The position numbers were made by a program, and so were the translations under genes. A stretch of 35,274 nucleotides of DNA from a virus (lineage: Duplodnaviria; Caudoviricetes). The stretch's first letter is position 1. The number at the start of each line of letters is the position of its first letter. The notes under the pieces were generated by a model. The model saw nothing but the letters and a program-made list of their open reading frames with translations, did not search any database and was not told where the DNA came from. The stretch lies in the IMG/VR virus record IMGVR_UViG_3300033485_000051, positions 1 to 35,274 of that record. One strand, 5' to 3'. Shown here piece after piece: positions 19,665 to 27,710 of the stretch.

Positions 19665-20137
19665 AGTTCATTCTTTCTATTTGGAAGACTATTGCTTTCT
19701 ATTATTTCATTGACTTTTAAAGCAGCATCACGCTCAGATATAAATAATCCTCCGTAATATCTTTTTCCATAAGCTCTAACTTCAGCCTGATACCTTCCAC
19801 ATCCATGAATGCTTACACCAAAATACTTAGAAGTTGCATTTACTTTTTTTCTCTTATTTGATGATTGAGTTGTTTCATCAACCCACCTGCAATTGCTCCT
19901 ACAATAATTTCCATAAGGGTCTTTTCTATCTATTTCTAGCCCTATCTGATAGTCATGTAGCATATCAAGCATAAACCCTTCAAATTCTTCCCACTTTTTA
20001 TCATAAGTTACTCCAATATAAGCAGAGTTTGAGCCTATGGGTCTGTTACATCTAGCCTTTAAATTTCTCCAAACATTGTAAAAACTTGTTCCCCTCATCC
20101 CATGCTTGGGTTTTGCACCGCTTCCTTTTCCGCCCAT
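19661..20137 (-). CDS. HNH-type homing endonuclease with C-terminal AP2 domain
   Basis: YNVWRNLKARC, IDRKDPYGNYCRSNCRW...QSSN and SKYFGVS...GLFISERDAA. Confidence 0.85.
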   Translation of the reverse strand: MGGKGSGAKPKHGMRGTSFYNVWRNLKARCNRPIGSNSAYIGVTYDKKWEEFEGFMLDMLHDYQIGLEIDRKDPYGNYCRSNCRWVDETTQSSNKRKKVNATSKYFGVSIHGCGRYQAEVRAYGKRYYGGLFISERDAALKVNEIIESNSLPNRKNEL

Positions 20138-20164
20138 TTTACACTCCTTCTGACAATAAACACC

Positions 20165-20193
20165 ATTATAACATTATACGGAATTTATGTCAA
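20165..20193 (-). promoter_or_regulatory. Perfect sigma70 consensus promoter for the HNH gene
   Basis: TTGACA (20193-20188), 17-bp spacer, TATAAT (20170-20165) with an extended TG; AAGGAG SD downstream. Confidence 0.85.
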
Positions 20194-20198
20194 GAATT

Positions 20199-20228
20199 AA
20201 TGCCGCTAAAGAGAGTTTATATTCTCAT
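20199..20228 (-). pseudogene. Remnant 5' end of the C5 methylase (M-R-I-stop-T-L-F-S-G-I)
   Basis: ATG AGA ATA TAA ACT CTC TTT AGC GGC ATT, with an AAGGAG SD and a TAATG overlap with the upstream gene. Confidence 0.7.
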
Positions 20229-20386
20229 TACGCTCTCCTTACCGCTTGATAGCTATTATACATACTCCACCAAACATTCATGGGTATATTATTCTTACTT
20301 GCGATCTCATACGCTGAAATGTTGCCTAATTCTTGCCATCTGTCGATGAGGGCTAAGATAGTGAACTCACAGTATATTTTATTCAT
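20228..20386 (-). CDS. 52-aa possible HTH protein
   Basis: Hand-translated MNKIYCEF...ISAYEIASKNNIPMNVWW...; ATGA overlap with the helicase stop. Confidence 0.6.
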   Translation of the reverse strand: MNKIYCEFTILALIDRWQELGNISAYEIASKNNIPMNVWWSMYNSYQAVRRA

Positions 20387-21348
20387 AATATCATCCCTGC
20401 CTCTATTTTTTCTTCCACGTATTCGATTGATTGAGCGTTAAATCTGTATCCGCACGTCTTACCGTTGCTATCTAAACCTAGCTCAACTTTCCACGTTCTT
20501 TCATTCACACGGTCTTTGGTGCATTGTAGTATTCGTTTTCGTTCATCTTTTGGGTCAATGATATAAAATAGCATCATATCAGCATCATACTTTTGATCGC
20601 CTCCATTTTTAAGGACTAATCTTTTTTCTTTGATTGCTTCATCGCTCATCTGATTAATCAAAAAGATAATAATCTCTTTCTCCTGCGCTAACTTTGCAAG
20701 TTTTGAGGATATTAAAGAAGTCTTTTGGTGGTCTGCTAGTCCTAAATCATCTACCTCTATTTTCATGCGTGAGTCAATAGCAAAGAACTTTATACCATCA
20801 CGAGAATGGATAATAATCTCCATGATAAGTGCATCTAACTTTCGTGTGTGCGAGTCAATAATAAAATTATCTTTCTGCTGTTCGGTCTTTAGCTTCTTAG
20901 TTAATCGGTGTGCTATTCGCTTATCTCCCATTTCAAAGTTGAAGAACACAGCTTTTGAGTATGCCGATATGTTGGAGATAATATCAAGCACTAATGTTGT
21001 TTTACCTGCACCGCTTTCCCCTGCAAACTGTATAAACGTTCCAGTTTCTATGCCTCCAAGTTTACCAATATAACGATCTTCGTCTGTTGCAAGTTCTGCG
21101 TCTATCTTATCAATTCCTACGGCATAGCGTGGAACGTGTGGCATAGATGCAACTCTACGCATTAACTCACGAGCTGATATGCTGTTGGTATTCTCTTCTT
21201 GATCTATCAGCTCCAAAATTTCAAGCTTACATTTGTGGAATTCTTTCTTTAAACGTAGCGTTTCCGTTGCGTCTTGTCGTTGTGTTGCGTTTTCTATTTG
21301 TTGCGCTAATTCGTGCGACTTTTGCTTTAGTTTTTCAAAATTAGACAT
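20383..21348 (-). CDS. DnaB/RecA-like helicase ATPase domain
   Basis: Walker A GESGAGKT, FFNFEM, FAIDS, LINQM and KYDADM; no DnaB N-terminal domain. Confidence 0.85.
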   Translation of the reverse strand: MSNFEKLKQKSHELAQQIENATQRQDATETLRLKKEFHKCKLEILELIDQEENTNSISARELMRRVASMPHVPRYAVGIDKIDAELATDEDRYIGKLGGIETGTFIQFAGESGAGKTTLVLDIISNISAYSKAVFFNFEMGDKRIAHRLTKKLKTEQQKDNFIIDSHTRKLDALIMEIIIHSRDGIKFFAIDSRMKIEVDDLGLADHQKTSLISSKLAKLAQEKEIIIFLINQMSDEAIKEKRLVLKNGGDQKYDADMMLFYIIDPKDERKRILQCTKDRVNERTWKVELGLDSNGKTCGYRFNAQSIEYVEEKIEAGMIL

Positions 21349-22082
21349 TAAAATAAACTCCCTTGCACCGCTTCTAAGCGTTTGTTTGCTATCTTACAGA
21401 ACTCTTCGTCTATCTCAGTACCGCAAAAATCAAGGCCTAAAGATTTAGCAACGATTCCAACTGTACCACTGCCCATAAATGGGTAGAATACACGGTCGCC
21501 TTTCTTGGTACTATTTTGTATCAATGCTTCGACGTATTGAATAGGCTTTTGTGAAATATGATATTTATCGCTTGTAGGCATAGTGACATTTAGGGCAGAT
21601 GGTATTCCAAAATCATTAAGCCCCTTACTTCCACCCTTACGTGCAAAAATAGTAAACTCACAGTTTTTCATATAGTGCTGATTAGTAACCATATTGTTTT
21701 TAATCATTACTAAAATGTTATTGATAATAAAGCCCACCTTCTCCATTTCTTTCTGAATGTTTGCAAGGTGTACCGAATTAGTCATAATATAAATGTGTCC
21801 TGTATCGTCAAGAATACGAAATAAGTCAGGTAGATAATCGGACTCTGTAATATCATTATGATTAAACAATTTACCCTTATTAAATGCCTCTAAATGTTGC
21901 TTTTCTTTCCATCCAAAACCGATTTTAGTTTCACTATTACCGCCTCCGCTATTTATTAAATATGGAACATCTGAAAATATACATTGAAAGTAATTATCAG
22001 GAACACCACTCATAAATTCAAGAGCGCATACATTATGGATTTTATTTAGTTTGTCTTTCATTGCGCTATACATTGAACACAT
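21348..22082 (-). CDS. Beta-class N6A/N4C DNA methyltransferase with variant motifs
   Basis: Motif IV DVPY, H.SQKP, motif I FYPFMGSGT and GTEID; the start may be ATG 22061. Confidence 0.85.
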   Translation of the reverse strand: MCSMYSAMKDKLNKIHNVCALEFMSGVPDNYFQCIFSDVPYLINSGGGNSETKIGFGWKEKQHLEAFNKGKLFNHNDITESDYLPDLFRILDDTGHIYIMTNSVHLANIQKEMEKVGFIINNILVMIKNNMVTNQHYMKNCEFTIFARKGGSKGLNDFGIPSALNVTMPTSDKYHISQKPIQYVEALIQNSTKKGDRVFYPFMGSGTVGIVAKSLGLDFCGTEIDEEFCKIANKRLEAVQGSLF

Positions 22083-22413
22083 CCGCCTTCTTATTTTCTT
22101 TCAGCATTTTTAGATATGTCGTAATAAACAGATACCCACCTGCTGTTTGAGTGTTGATAGTTTGCCACTTGTTAAAATCCATCATAGACCGCTTGATAAG
22201 GCTATCAGAAACAGTTATTTCATCAATAAGGTATCTTTTCATGCGTAAATCGTTTATAGTGCTTATAATGGCTCTATGGAACGTATCTTGGAATAAATTA
22301 GTGTCAATAGCTATTGAGCTTATTTTTGCATCTTCTTCTTTTGTAAGGTTATGACTCCAAAGTAATGAAGAGATTATTGCTTGTTCAATTTGAATGTTCA
22401 TGATACGCTCCAT
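22066..22413 (-). CDS. Stand-alone DnaB N-terminal-domain-like protein
   Basis: IEQAIISSLL...F...HRAIISTINDL...IDEITV pattern typical of the DnaB N-domain; start probably ATG 22401. Confidence 0.7.
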   Translation of the reverse strand: MERIMNIQIEQAIISSLLWSHNLTKEEDAKISSIAIDTNLFQDTFHRAIISTINDLRMKRYLIDEITVSDSLIKRSMMDFNKWQTINTQTAGGYLFITTYLKMLKENKKADVFNV

Positions 22414-23108
22414 TCATCTTTAGCAATTACACCTAATTCTTTGACTACCCATTCAAGCTTTAAACTCTGCCATTCTTTATTTTCTATTAACAATTTAACA
22501 TCATCTATCTTATAACCTGCGTTGATACATTCACGCATTGATTGAATTAATGTCTTAATTGGTGCAATTGTTTTAATTGGGTGCTTTATTTTTTTTCTTT
22601 GGGTGATAAACCACTTAGCTAATTCAATAGCTACACTACCAGCGTTTGTTTCTTTAGTAAATTCATCTATAAGCGAGTTGTCTATATTATTTTTATTCTT
22701 AGGTAATTGTTCTTTCTTAATAGGAAGGGATTTTCCCATGATGGGATTTTCCTGATTAGGCTTTTCCGTTTTTGGCTCATCATCTAAGTGATATGTACCA
22801 GTTCCATTACTATGTTTTTCATATTGAACATATCCGTATTGCTTTAACTCTTCAAGAGCTGATTGAATACTATCATGTCCATCTTTTTGTTGTGTTGCAA
22901 TACTTCTTATTGTAAAGTTCCACCCATCAGACATTGAGAACATATAGCAAAATAATCCTTTTGCTTTAAATGAAATACGATCATCTCGTAAAAACTCATT
23001 AGACACAGACGTAAAGGGCTGTTGCCGTTTTTTTATAGTATTCATATTTGAATTCGGACGCTTAGAATTGATTATCTTTATAGTGTGAGTATGGCGCAGA
23101 GTTTCCAA
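22398..23108 (-). CDS. Phage replication initiator / replisome organiser
   Basis: FTSVSNEFLRDDRISFKAKGL...GWNF winged HTH, linker with repeats, upstream of the helicase genes; start is TTG 23108 or ATG 23045. Confidence 0.85.
   Translation of the reverse strand: METLRHTHTIKIINSKRPNSNMNTIKKRQQPFTSVSNEFLRDDRISFKAKGLFCYMFSMSDGWNFTIRSIATQQKDGHDSIQSALEELKQYGYVQYEKHSNGTGTYHLDDEPKTEKPNQENPIMGKSLPIKKEQLPKNKNNIDNSLIDEFTKETNAGSVAIELAKWFITQRKKIKHPIKTIAPIKTLIQSMRECINAGYKIDDVKLLIENKEWQSLKLEWVVKELGVIAKDEWSVS
22727..22768. repeat. Putative iterons / replication origin within the initiator gene
   Basis: GGGATTTTCCC, GGGATTTTCCT and AGGCTTTTCCG at 22727, 22743 and 22758, next to an AT-rich tract (22681-22720); lambda O-like layout. 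Confidence 0.55.
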
Positions 23109-23213
23109 GCTTTGCTACATTAAAACACTTTATAGGGGAGTAGTAGCAGGTGCTTGGAAACCTATTTACTTCCCTATAAAATATTAATAATGTTTATCGT
23201 ATCCGCTATTATA
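23101..23213 (-). promoter_or_regulatory. Promoter and pseudoknot-capable leader of the initiator gene
   Basis: TATAAT at 23213-23208; stem 23180-23167/23142-23129 whose loop is complementary to 23118-23101. Confidence 0.6.
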
Positions 23214-23300
23214 CACTAATAAATTTAAAAACCTAATCATTTGCCCTTCGATTTAACACGGACTTCCCGATTCACGCTAAGGGGATTAGGTAGATTGATA

Positions 23301-23510
23301 TTATAGCGTTTTATTTATTTCAAGTCGATAACTCGCAAATTTTTTGATACCGACTTGTATAGTATCGGTGATAATTTTATGACCTAGTTTTCGTATATCA
23401 AAAATACGTGCTGACAACCTGAACACGCCAAAAAGTTGCAGCGCATCAATCGGTGTGATACTTTGACCGCTTTCGATGTGTGCTAGAATTTGCTTTGTTT
23501 GAGCTTCCAT
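23301..23510 (-). CDS. Small winged-helix protein
   Basis: ILAHIESGQSITPIDAL...RLSARIFDIRKLGHKI is a common phage HTH family. Confidence 0.85.
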   Translation of the reverse strand: MEAQTKQILAHIESGQSITPIDALQLFGVFRLSARIFDIRKLGHKIITDTIQVGIKKFASYRLEINKTL

Positions 23511-23830
23511 TATTGTTGCTCCTTGTTGTCTAATGCAATTGCTAATTCAACTAACGTTTTTTGATGCTTTGAAATTATTCTATTATGGTAATTTACAGCC
23601 CTATTATAAATGGTATCTATCATATTTTTAGTTTCATTTTTATTGGTGGAATATACAAACCAACTTCCATGAAAATAACCTTCCAATATAGTATTTTCTT
23701 CTGATTTTTTAAAAGCATTTCTCATAAATATACTTCCATCTAAGGACTTAAATGTTTTATCTGTTTCTTTACATTCAAGAACAAATTCTTTTATTGTCTC
23801 ATGTGCAATTACAAAATATAAAGTAGCCAT
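23510..23830 (-). CDS. Hypothetical protein
   Basis: 106 aa; GAGGG SD; TAATG coupling. Confidence 0.7.
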   Translation of the reverse strand: MATLYFVIAHETIKEFVLECKETDKTFKSLDGSIFMRNAFKKSEENTILEGYFHGSWFVYSTNKNETKNMIDTIYNRAVNYHNRIISKHQKTLVELAIALDNKEQQ

Positions 23831-23865
23831 CTTTTCCCTCTATTTATTTATTTAGCTTGAAGTTA

Positions 23866-24030
23866 TCAAGCGACTTGATTAGTTTTCTTCAAACACTTTG
23901 CAATCATCTTTTTTAAAGTGATAGCGATTGAAGCGTAACCTTCTTTGTCACGTAATTCCTCTAAAATCTCTTTGTCTTCCACATCTACTTGGATATGTGT
24001 CTGCTCTCTTTTATTTGCTTTCTTTGCCAT
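23866..24030 (-). CDS. Ribbon-helix-helix (Arc/CopG-like) regulator
   Basis: Hand-translated 54 aa MAKKANKREQTHIQVDVEDKEILEELRDKEGYASIAITLKKMI...; AGGAGG SD; first gene of the leftward unit. Confidence 0.7.
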   Translation of the reverse strand: MAKKANKREQTHIQVDVEDKEILEELRDKEGYASIAITLKKMIAKCLKKTNQVA

Positions 24031-24149
24031 GTAACCTCCTGAATTTATGAAAGTATAGTCCTGTTTAACTTAGTAATTGCTTAAGTTACTTTTATATCTT
24101 CTTTAAGCAAACATTAATATTGTTCATGCGATAATACGTTATTCAAAAA
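24031..24149. promoter_or_regulatory. Main divergent promoter region
   Basis: Strand switch; minus TTAAGC...TATACT and plus TTTAAGC...TGcGATAAT. Confidence 0.6.
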
Positions 24150-24389
24150 ATGGAGGAAAAGATGAATACAGATGGAAACTTAGACGCTCTTAACAGATAC
24201 GAGCGTGAGCAAGACAAAGCGTTCCTAATTTTAGAGCATGAACAAAACGAGTTTTATAAAGAGATTGAGCCATATATTAAAGGTTTAAATAGTGCAATGC
24301 TTTTTTTTGCCATAGATTCAGTAATGGATAAGCAAGCAATTTTAGAATATGTTAAAGAAACACTCGATGAGTTATTGGAGGTAAAGTGA
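24150..24389 (+). CDS. Hypothetical acidic early protein
   Basis: First rightward gene; probable start ATG 24162 after GGAGG. Confidence 0.7.
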   Translation: MEEKMNTDGNLDALNRYEREQDKAFLILEHEQNEFYKEIEPYIKGLNSAMLFFAIDSVMDKQAILEYVKETLDELLEVK

Positions 24390-25090
24390 TGGATGAAGAA
24401 AATAAATTCATTGAGCTATTACAGCTTAATGTAAATGACAAGACTGAAAAGAAGAAAACTGGTAATACTCAATTAACTTATCTTTCATGGAGTTTTGCTT
24501 GGAGTGAATTCGTAAAGGTTTACCCACAAGCAACGTATGAGATTGTTAAAAATGAAAACGGTTTGCCATACTTTCACGATGATAGCGGTGCGATGGTTTA
24601 TACTAAAGTAAAAGCAGGTGGCATTACTCACGAAATGTGGTTGCCTGTAATGGATGGTGCTAACAAAGCAATGAAAGCTACGTCATACGATTACAGCGTT
24701 AAAGGGTGGAACGGTGGAGCTGATACGGTTAAAACTGTTTTGGCTTACTCAATGTTCGATATTAATAAAACAGTAATGCGCTGTCTTGTTAAGAACTTAG
24801 CAATGTTTGGTCTTGGACTTTATATCTATGCAGGGGAGGACTTGCCAGAAGGCGAAGAACAGCCACAACCAAAAGCACAGCCACAACCAAAAGCACAGCC
24901 ACAACAAACACCACAACGTAAAATTAACCAACTTGAAGGTGAGAACTTAAAAGAATTAGTTGATAAATATAGCGAAATTGAAAAGTTTTGTAGTGCATAT
25001 AAGGTTTCCACAATTGGAGAGCTAACAGTTGCACAATATCAAGACGCAGTTAAGAAATTACAAGTAAAGGCGGCTAAAAATGCTAATTAA
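24386..25090 (+). CDS. Sak3-type (DUF1071) single-strand annealing protein
   Basis: LTYLSWSFAW, MWLPVMD and INKTVMRCLVKNLAMFGLGLYIYAGEDLP. Confidence 0.9.
   Translation: MMDEENKFIELLQLNVNDKTEKKKTGNTQLTYLSWSFAWSEFVKVYPQATYEIVKNENGLPYFHDDSGAMVYTKVKAGGITHEMWLPVMDGANKAMKATSYDYSVKGWNGGADTVKTVLAYSMFDINKTVMRCLVKNLAMFGLGLYIYAGEDLPEGEEQPQPKAQPQPKAQPQQTPQRKINQLEGENLKELVDKYSEIEKFCSAYKVSTIGELTVAQYQDAVKKLQVKAAKNAN
24860..24905 (+). repeat. 18-bp tandem repeat (QPQPKA linker)
   Basis: cagccacaaccaaaagca x2 plus a partial copy. Confidence 0.9.
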
Positions 25091-25589
25091 ACAGTATATT
25101 ACAAGCTTAGAGAAATGCGAACAAGGGGAGATTATTCCATTTTTGGATAGTCTTTGCGCTAAAAAAACAGCCTTTGCGGTAACTGATTATATCGGTACGG
25201 CACTTGATAATATCGACAGTGCCAAAGATCGTATCGCTAATGCTATCAAGCAACTGCAGGACGTAAAAAAAGGACTTGAACAACAAGAGGAGGTTATTAA
25301 GTGTGAAGTGGCAAAATGGCTTGTTGAAAATGGCATTGATAAAATTCAAGGGGATGTTATCAGTTCTATAACGGTATTCGATAAAGCACCAAAACAAGAA
25401 GTAATCATTGAAAATGAAGCGGTTATTGACGCTATTTATTGTAAGCTTGTAGCCGATAAAACAGCAATTAAGACGGCTATTAACAGCGGTGTTGATGTAA
25501 TGGGCGCACGTTTAGAAGTCACGCACATTGAGCAGTCAATCAAGCTTAATAAGAAACGAGTTAAAAAAGTGGATGAGTTAGGTTTTTAA
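25080..25589 (+). CDS. Siphovirus Gp157-like protein
   Basis: Coiled coil plus DKTAIKTAINSGVDVMGARL; follows the recombinase. Confidence 0.75.
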   Translation: MLIKQYITSLEKCEQGEIIPFLDSLCAKKTAFAVTDYIGTALDNIDSAKDRIANAIKQLQDVKKGLEQQEEVIKCEVAKWLVENGIDKIQGDVISSITVFDKAPKQEVIIENEAVIDAIYCKLVADKTAIKTAINSGVDVMGARLEVTHIEQSIKLNKKRVKKVDELGF

Positions 25590-25879
25590 TGACACGCTCA
25601 CAACAGCAGAATAAACTTTACCACGAGTTATGCAGTCAATTAAAAACCCATAGTGTGATAAAGATTTATGATGGTAGATTTGAACAAGCAGGGATAAGCA
25701 ATCCGATAGTGTTTCGACCCTCAGCGTTTAGCTACGATACGTTTCGTGAGCTTTGTAAGGGATGTGATATTTCATACCCTAAAGACGATCAAGGTCGCCC
25801 ATTGTCGAGTACGAAAATAAATGTTAAACAGATGAATAGTCACATCATGTTTTTAGAATGTTTACTCTCAGAGTATTAA
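25589..25879 (+). CDS. NinB-like protein
   Basis: RSQQQNKLYH N-terminus and STKINVKQM C-terminus. Confidence 0.5.
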   Translation: MTRSQQQNKLYHELCSQLKTHSVIKIYDGRFEQAGISNPIVFRPSAFSYDTFRELCKGCDISYPKDDQGRPLSSTKINVKQMNSHIMFLECLLSEY

Positions 25880-25895
25880 ATAAAAAGGATAGGTT

Positions 25896-26078
25896 ATGAG
25901 TGAAGAAAAAATAACGCTACTAAAAGCAGTAATTGAGGATTTAGTTTCAGACCTTTTTTATTACGATAGAAAAGAAGACGATGAGCTAACAGTAGAAGAT
26001 ATGAAAAATTTAAGTGATGATGAAAAGCGTATAATATGCGATACTTTTAATAAATGTGTAATGGAGGATATAAAATGA
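25896..26078 (+). CDS. Small acidic hypothetical protein
   Basis: 60 aa with FYYDRKEDDEL; SD present. Confidence 0.7.
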   Translation: MSEEKITLLKAVIEDLVSDLFYYDRKEDDELTVEDMKNLSDDEKRIICDTFNKCVMEDIK

Positions 26079-26533
26079 GTTTACCAAAAACAATCGGTCT
26101 ATTTAGACTAACACGGGAAGCTGAACTTCGCTATACAGCAGATGGAAAGCCTATCCTAAAAATGGGATTAGCTGCAAGTGAGAAATTTGGCGATAAAGAA
26201 ACGCAATGCTTTTTAGATGCCACAGTATTTGGAAAGATGGCGGAAACTATCAACCAATACGCAGGAGAAAAAGGAACACAGATTTTTTTAACCAGTAAGC
26301 TTCAAACAGAAACATGGGTCGATAAGGAAAGTGGGCAAAATCGCTCTAAGCAATCCATGATCGTTGAAAGCTTTGATTTTGTATCTAAGGCGAAAGGTGA
26401 AGGCAATACAGGCGTAAACGCCCCAGTTCATAACGAGCCAAGATCTACACCATACAATAAACCTCAACCAGTGCGAATGCCAGAAAACAATCTCCCAGAG
26501 ATAGATATTAACGAGGATGAGATACCTTTCTAA
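26075..26533 (+). CDS. ssb: Single-stranded DNA-binding protein
   Basis: RLTREAELRYT, OB-fold pattern and acidic tail EDEIPF; ATG 26075 follows GGAGG. Confidence 0.92.
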   Translation: MSLPKTIGLFRLTREAELRYTADGKPILKMGLAASEKFGDKETQCFLDATVFGKMAETINQYAGEKGTQIFLTSKLQTETWVDKESGQNRSKQSMIVESFDFVSKAKGEGNTGVNAPVHNEPRSTPYNKPQPVRMPENNLPEIDINEDEIPF

Positions 26534-26568
26534 AATAGTTAATTAGTTTACACTTTGTGTAAGCTATG

Positions 26569-26591
26569 TTTAAGCATTAAGAGATTATAAT
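26569..26591 (+). promoter_or_regulatory. Promoter for the accessory early cluster
   Basis: TTTAAGC-N10-TATAAT. Confidence 0.6.
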
Positions 26592-26599
26592 TACTACAT

Positions 26600-26785
26600 A
26601 ACAAAATAGGAATACAGCGATCGCTGACTCATCGGTTCCAAGATACGGGGGAACGCTATTTTGTTTATAAGCTTTAAAATAACCTATAATCAGAGTGTAT
26701 ATTATAATACCATCGGTTTATATACAGCGGGTCGCTACCGTGATGTTATGGGTTACTTTAGTGCTTACAAAAGTAAGACTAAGAG
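26600..26785 (+). ncRNA. Putative structured leader/small RNA (two multibranch domains plus a hairpin)
   Basis: 10-bp closing stems 26600-26609/26656-26665 and 26680-26689/26746-26755 with internal hairpins. Confidence 0.5.
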
Positions 26786-26793
26786 GAGAAAAG

Positions 26794-26889
26794 ATGAATA
26801 AGGTACTAAGGCTTCTTAACGGACTATTACAGTACGATAAAACCATGACAGTTGCACAAGCGGCTCAATATTTGAAGGGGTTGAGATGA
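26794..26889 (+). CDS. 31-aa microprotein, family member 1
   Basis: MNKVLRLLNGLLQYDKTMTVAQAAQYLKGLR; GAGGAG SD; ATGA coupling. Confidence 0.75.
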   Translation: MNKVLRLLNGLLQYDKTMTVAQAAQYLKGLR

Positions 26890-27320
26890 CAAGTAATTTT
26901 GTATGTAATTATTGTAGAGGAACAGTATGTGAAGAAGCTCATACATTACCAATGTTAAATATACAAGGTAAAAAGAGTTGTGTAAAATGTAGATTACGTA
27001 TAGAAAAAGCTTTAGAAAATTATGTATGTATTCCTAAAGGTGAGAATCGCCATACTGATGCTGATATATTGCATGAAATTATTGAGAATAGAAATGGGCA
27101 ACGTAGAGCCATAGATCACGGATATAAAAATAATGAATGGGAAGATTGGAAGTTTTACCCAGTTTTTGAGTTTCGTATCAAACCATCTGAACCTATCTAC
27201 GAATATATGATTTATGACAAAGATGGCAATACTACATGGGCTACTGAAGAGAAATTTACAACTCAAACTACTTATCCTTATATAGCAATGTCTACAAAAA
27301 GGGAGCTAGTACAGTCATGA
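26886..27320 (+). CDS. Zn-finger plus 'W...FRIKP' domain protein
   Basis: CNYC...CVKC, then WEDWKFYPVFEFRIKP. Confidence 0.7.
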   Translation: MTSNFVCNYCRGTVCEEAHTLPMLNIQGKKSCVKCRLRIEKALENYVCIPKGENRHTDADILHEIIENRNGQRRAIDHGYKNNEWEDWKFYPVFEFRIKPSEPIYEYMIYDKDGNTTWATEEKFTTQTTYPYIAMSTKRELVQS

Positions 27321-27478
27321 TACCTAAATACCAACGCAAAACAATAGGAGAGTTACAGCACGAATACTTAGCTCAACTATTAAAGTGTAATAAGGTTATG
27401 ACAGTATCTCAAGCAATCTATCGCATTAGTGTGTTAAACCAATATACGGCAGGGCTGTATATCAATCTAAGGAGCTAA
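27317..27478 (+). CDS. 53-aa protein, microprotein family member 2
   Basis: Contains LLKCNKVMTVSQA; GGGAG SD; ATGA overlap. Confidence 0.7.
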   Translation: MIPKYQRKTIGELQHEYLAQLLKCNKVMTVSQAIYRISVLNQYTAGLYINLRS

Positions 27479-27480
27479 AA

Positions 27481-27618
27481 ATGACAAACTTACAGAAGGC
27501 AATTAAATACTTAGAGCTTAACTCTTCATTGAGTTTTCACCACGTAGCTGGTAAATTTAAGGTAAACGTATCGGAACTGCAAACCGCATTGGCAAAGAGC
27601 CGTAAAGTAAAGCTATGA
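27481..27618 (+). CDS. 45-aa HTH-like protein
   Basis: MTNLQKAIKYLELNSSLSFHHVAGKFKVNVSELQ...; AAGGAG SD. Confidence 0.65.
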   Translation: MTNLQKAIKYLELNSSLSFHHVAGKFKVNVSELQTALAKSRKVKL

Positions 27619-27707
27619 CACGATGGAATAGTAGCGACACAGTAGCTTTAATTATTCTATTCATTATTGTATTTTTAGTGAATGGATTACCATATTTTAA
27701 AGGGTAA
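27615..27707 (+). CDS. 30-aa single-TM peptide
   Basis: MTRWNSSDTVALIILFIIVFLVNGLPYFKG; ATGA overlap. Confidence 0.55.
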   Translation: MTRWNSSDTVALIILFIIVFLVNGLPYFKG

Positions 27708-27710
27708 AAG

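Noticed and set aside
19661-20198. Group I intron or intein carrying the HNH gene
   Set aside because: The non-coding flanks are too short for a ribozyme core, the HNH gene has its own promoter, SD and stop, and the downstream gene has its own start.
26600-26665. tRNA gene
   Set aside because: Only two internal arms, with no proper D-loop, anticodon arm or TTCGA T-loop.
26695-26793. N-terminal extension of the 64-aa ORF 26695..26889
   Set aside because: It overlaps the structured leader, and the GAGGAG SD points to ATG 26794.
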